A DNA stretch of 64,000 nt from Acidimicrobiia bacterium. Lineage in GTDB: Bacteria > Actinomycetota > Acidimicrobiia > Acidimicrobiales > JANYDT01. This document shows, piece after piece, positions 63,408 to 64,000 of this stretch. Each line of letters opens with the position of its first letter. Positions within the stretch are counted from its first letter, which is position 1. The notes under the pieces are model-generated. The model was not told where the DNA came from, made no database searches, and was given only the letters and a program-made list of their open reading frames with translations. The DNA lies in NCBI GenBank assembly GCA_043720395.1, contig JAYSSR010000038.1, forward strand, positions 5,689 to 69,688. Direction: 5' to 3'. A program made the translations under genes and the position numbers.

Positions 63408-64000
63408 ATGGGAACGACGGCGGCCGGGACCACCTCGTTCTCCATGGGTGGTTCTGCACCAGTTTCACCCGACGTGACGCGCCAACTCTTTCGGCTTGGT
63501 TCGCAACGGGCGGTGCTTGAAATCCGGAGAACCAGCGAGGGTCCGCAGGCGTTGATCCTGGCCGGCGCCGATTCTGGCCCGGTCTCCACCGCTCTCCTTC
63601 AGATTGTCACCACAACGCTGGACGAGCAGATGGGTTCCGTGGTCCGGGCGCGATCAACCGCCCTGACGGAGGAGGGGGCAGCAGGTTTCGCCGAATCGGG
63701 ATTCGCCGTCCAGCGTCGGCTTCATCTCCTTGTCCTCGACCTCACGGCCGCGCGGTACCCGACCTCGGGTCACTCACCCGACGGCACGCGGTTGCGTCGG
63801 CTGCCGTTGCGGAACCGAAAGGCGTTGCTCGACGTTGACCAAGCCTGTTTCGATGACGATCTGCGCTTCGATGAAGCGGGGCTTGCCAACGCCCTTCGTG
63901 CGACCCCGATCGCACGTCTCCGTTGTGCCGTGACGCACCGGTCGCAGGTAGGGTACGCAATCTTCGGACGTGCTGGCCGTCGTGGGTATCTCCAGCGTCT
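63408..64000 (+). CDS. GNAT-family N-acetyltransferase (partial; runs off the right edge)
   Basis: Stop-free plus frame from the ATG at 63408 to the window end, absent from the track. Hand translation ends ...VGYAIFGRAGRRGYLQR, the start of the GNAT motif A region, preceded by beta-strand-like LHLLVLDL. Confidence 0.45.
   Translation, partial: MGTTAAGTTSFSMGGSAPVSPDVTRQLFRLGSQRAVLEIRRTSEGPQALILAGADSGPVSTALLQIVTTTLDEQMGSVVRARSTALTEEGAAGFAESGFAVQRRLHLLVLDLTAARYPTSGHSPDGTRLRRLPLRNRKALLDVDQACFDDDLRFDEAGLANALRATPIARLRCAVTHRSQVGYAIFGRAGRRGYLQR

Overview
High-GC (judged by eye), Actinobacteria-like chromosomal segment. It holds about 55 protein-coding genes and one tRNA-Pro. I saw no rRNA, CRISPR array, transposase or integrase. 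Gene order: (1) 1-8.2 kb: FtsX/MacB-type ABC exporter (the permease runs off the left edge and is missing from the ORF track), a membrane-anchored trypsin-like protein that appears catalytically dead, and a class A PBP. (2) 8.3-18.3 kb: selA-selB, a WhiB-family gene, a small XRE/HNH accessory islet, nfeD, two ArsA/Get3-like ATPases, an orphan receiver protein and tRNA-Pro(CGG). (3) 18.6-36.1 kb: MazG-like gene, asd-lysC, M23 peptidase, two cyclophilins, an S51 peptidase, and scattered ethylmalonyl-CoA/propionyl-CoA genes (ecm-like B12 mutase, pccB plus epsilon subunit, epimerase, ccr, thiolase) interleaved with pyrE, a 5'-3' exonuclease and trmB. (4) 36.2-56.1 kb is the standout. It is a Wzx/Wzy-type glycan locus: two GH16 hydrolases, a fused GT4-GT2, a GT26, a TPR protein, a flippase, a Wzy/ligase-like protein and a PCP/BY-kinase-like protein. 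A 2060-aa single-module type I PKS (KS-AT-KR-DH-ACP-TE) is packed tightly between dcd and the PCP gene. The locus is peppered with a 24-nt G-tract (G-quadruplex-type) repeat family, found as an intergenic tandem array and as in-frame insertions, in both orientations, inside the PKS gene. (5) 56.2-64 kb: rpsF-ssb-rpsR-rplI, panB, a second class A PBP, a DUF5318-like gene, cca and a GNAT gene open at the right edge. Many long ORFs in the supplied track are mirror-frame artefacts of the high GC content, and several listed ORFs carry spurious N-terminal extensions. All family calls come from motif recognition by eye, not from searches.
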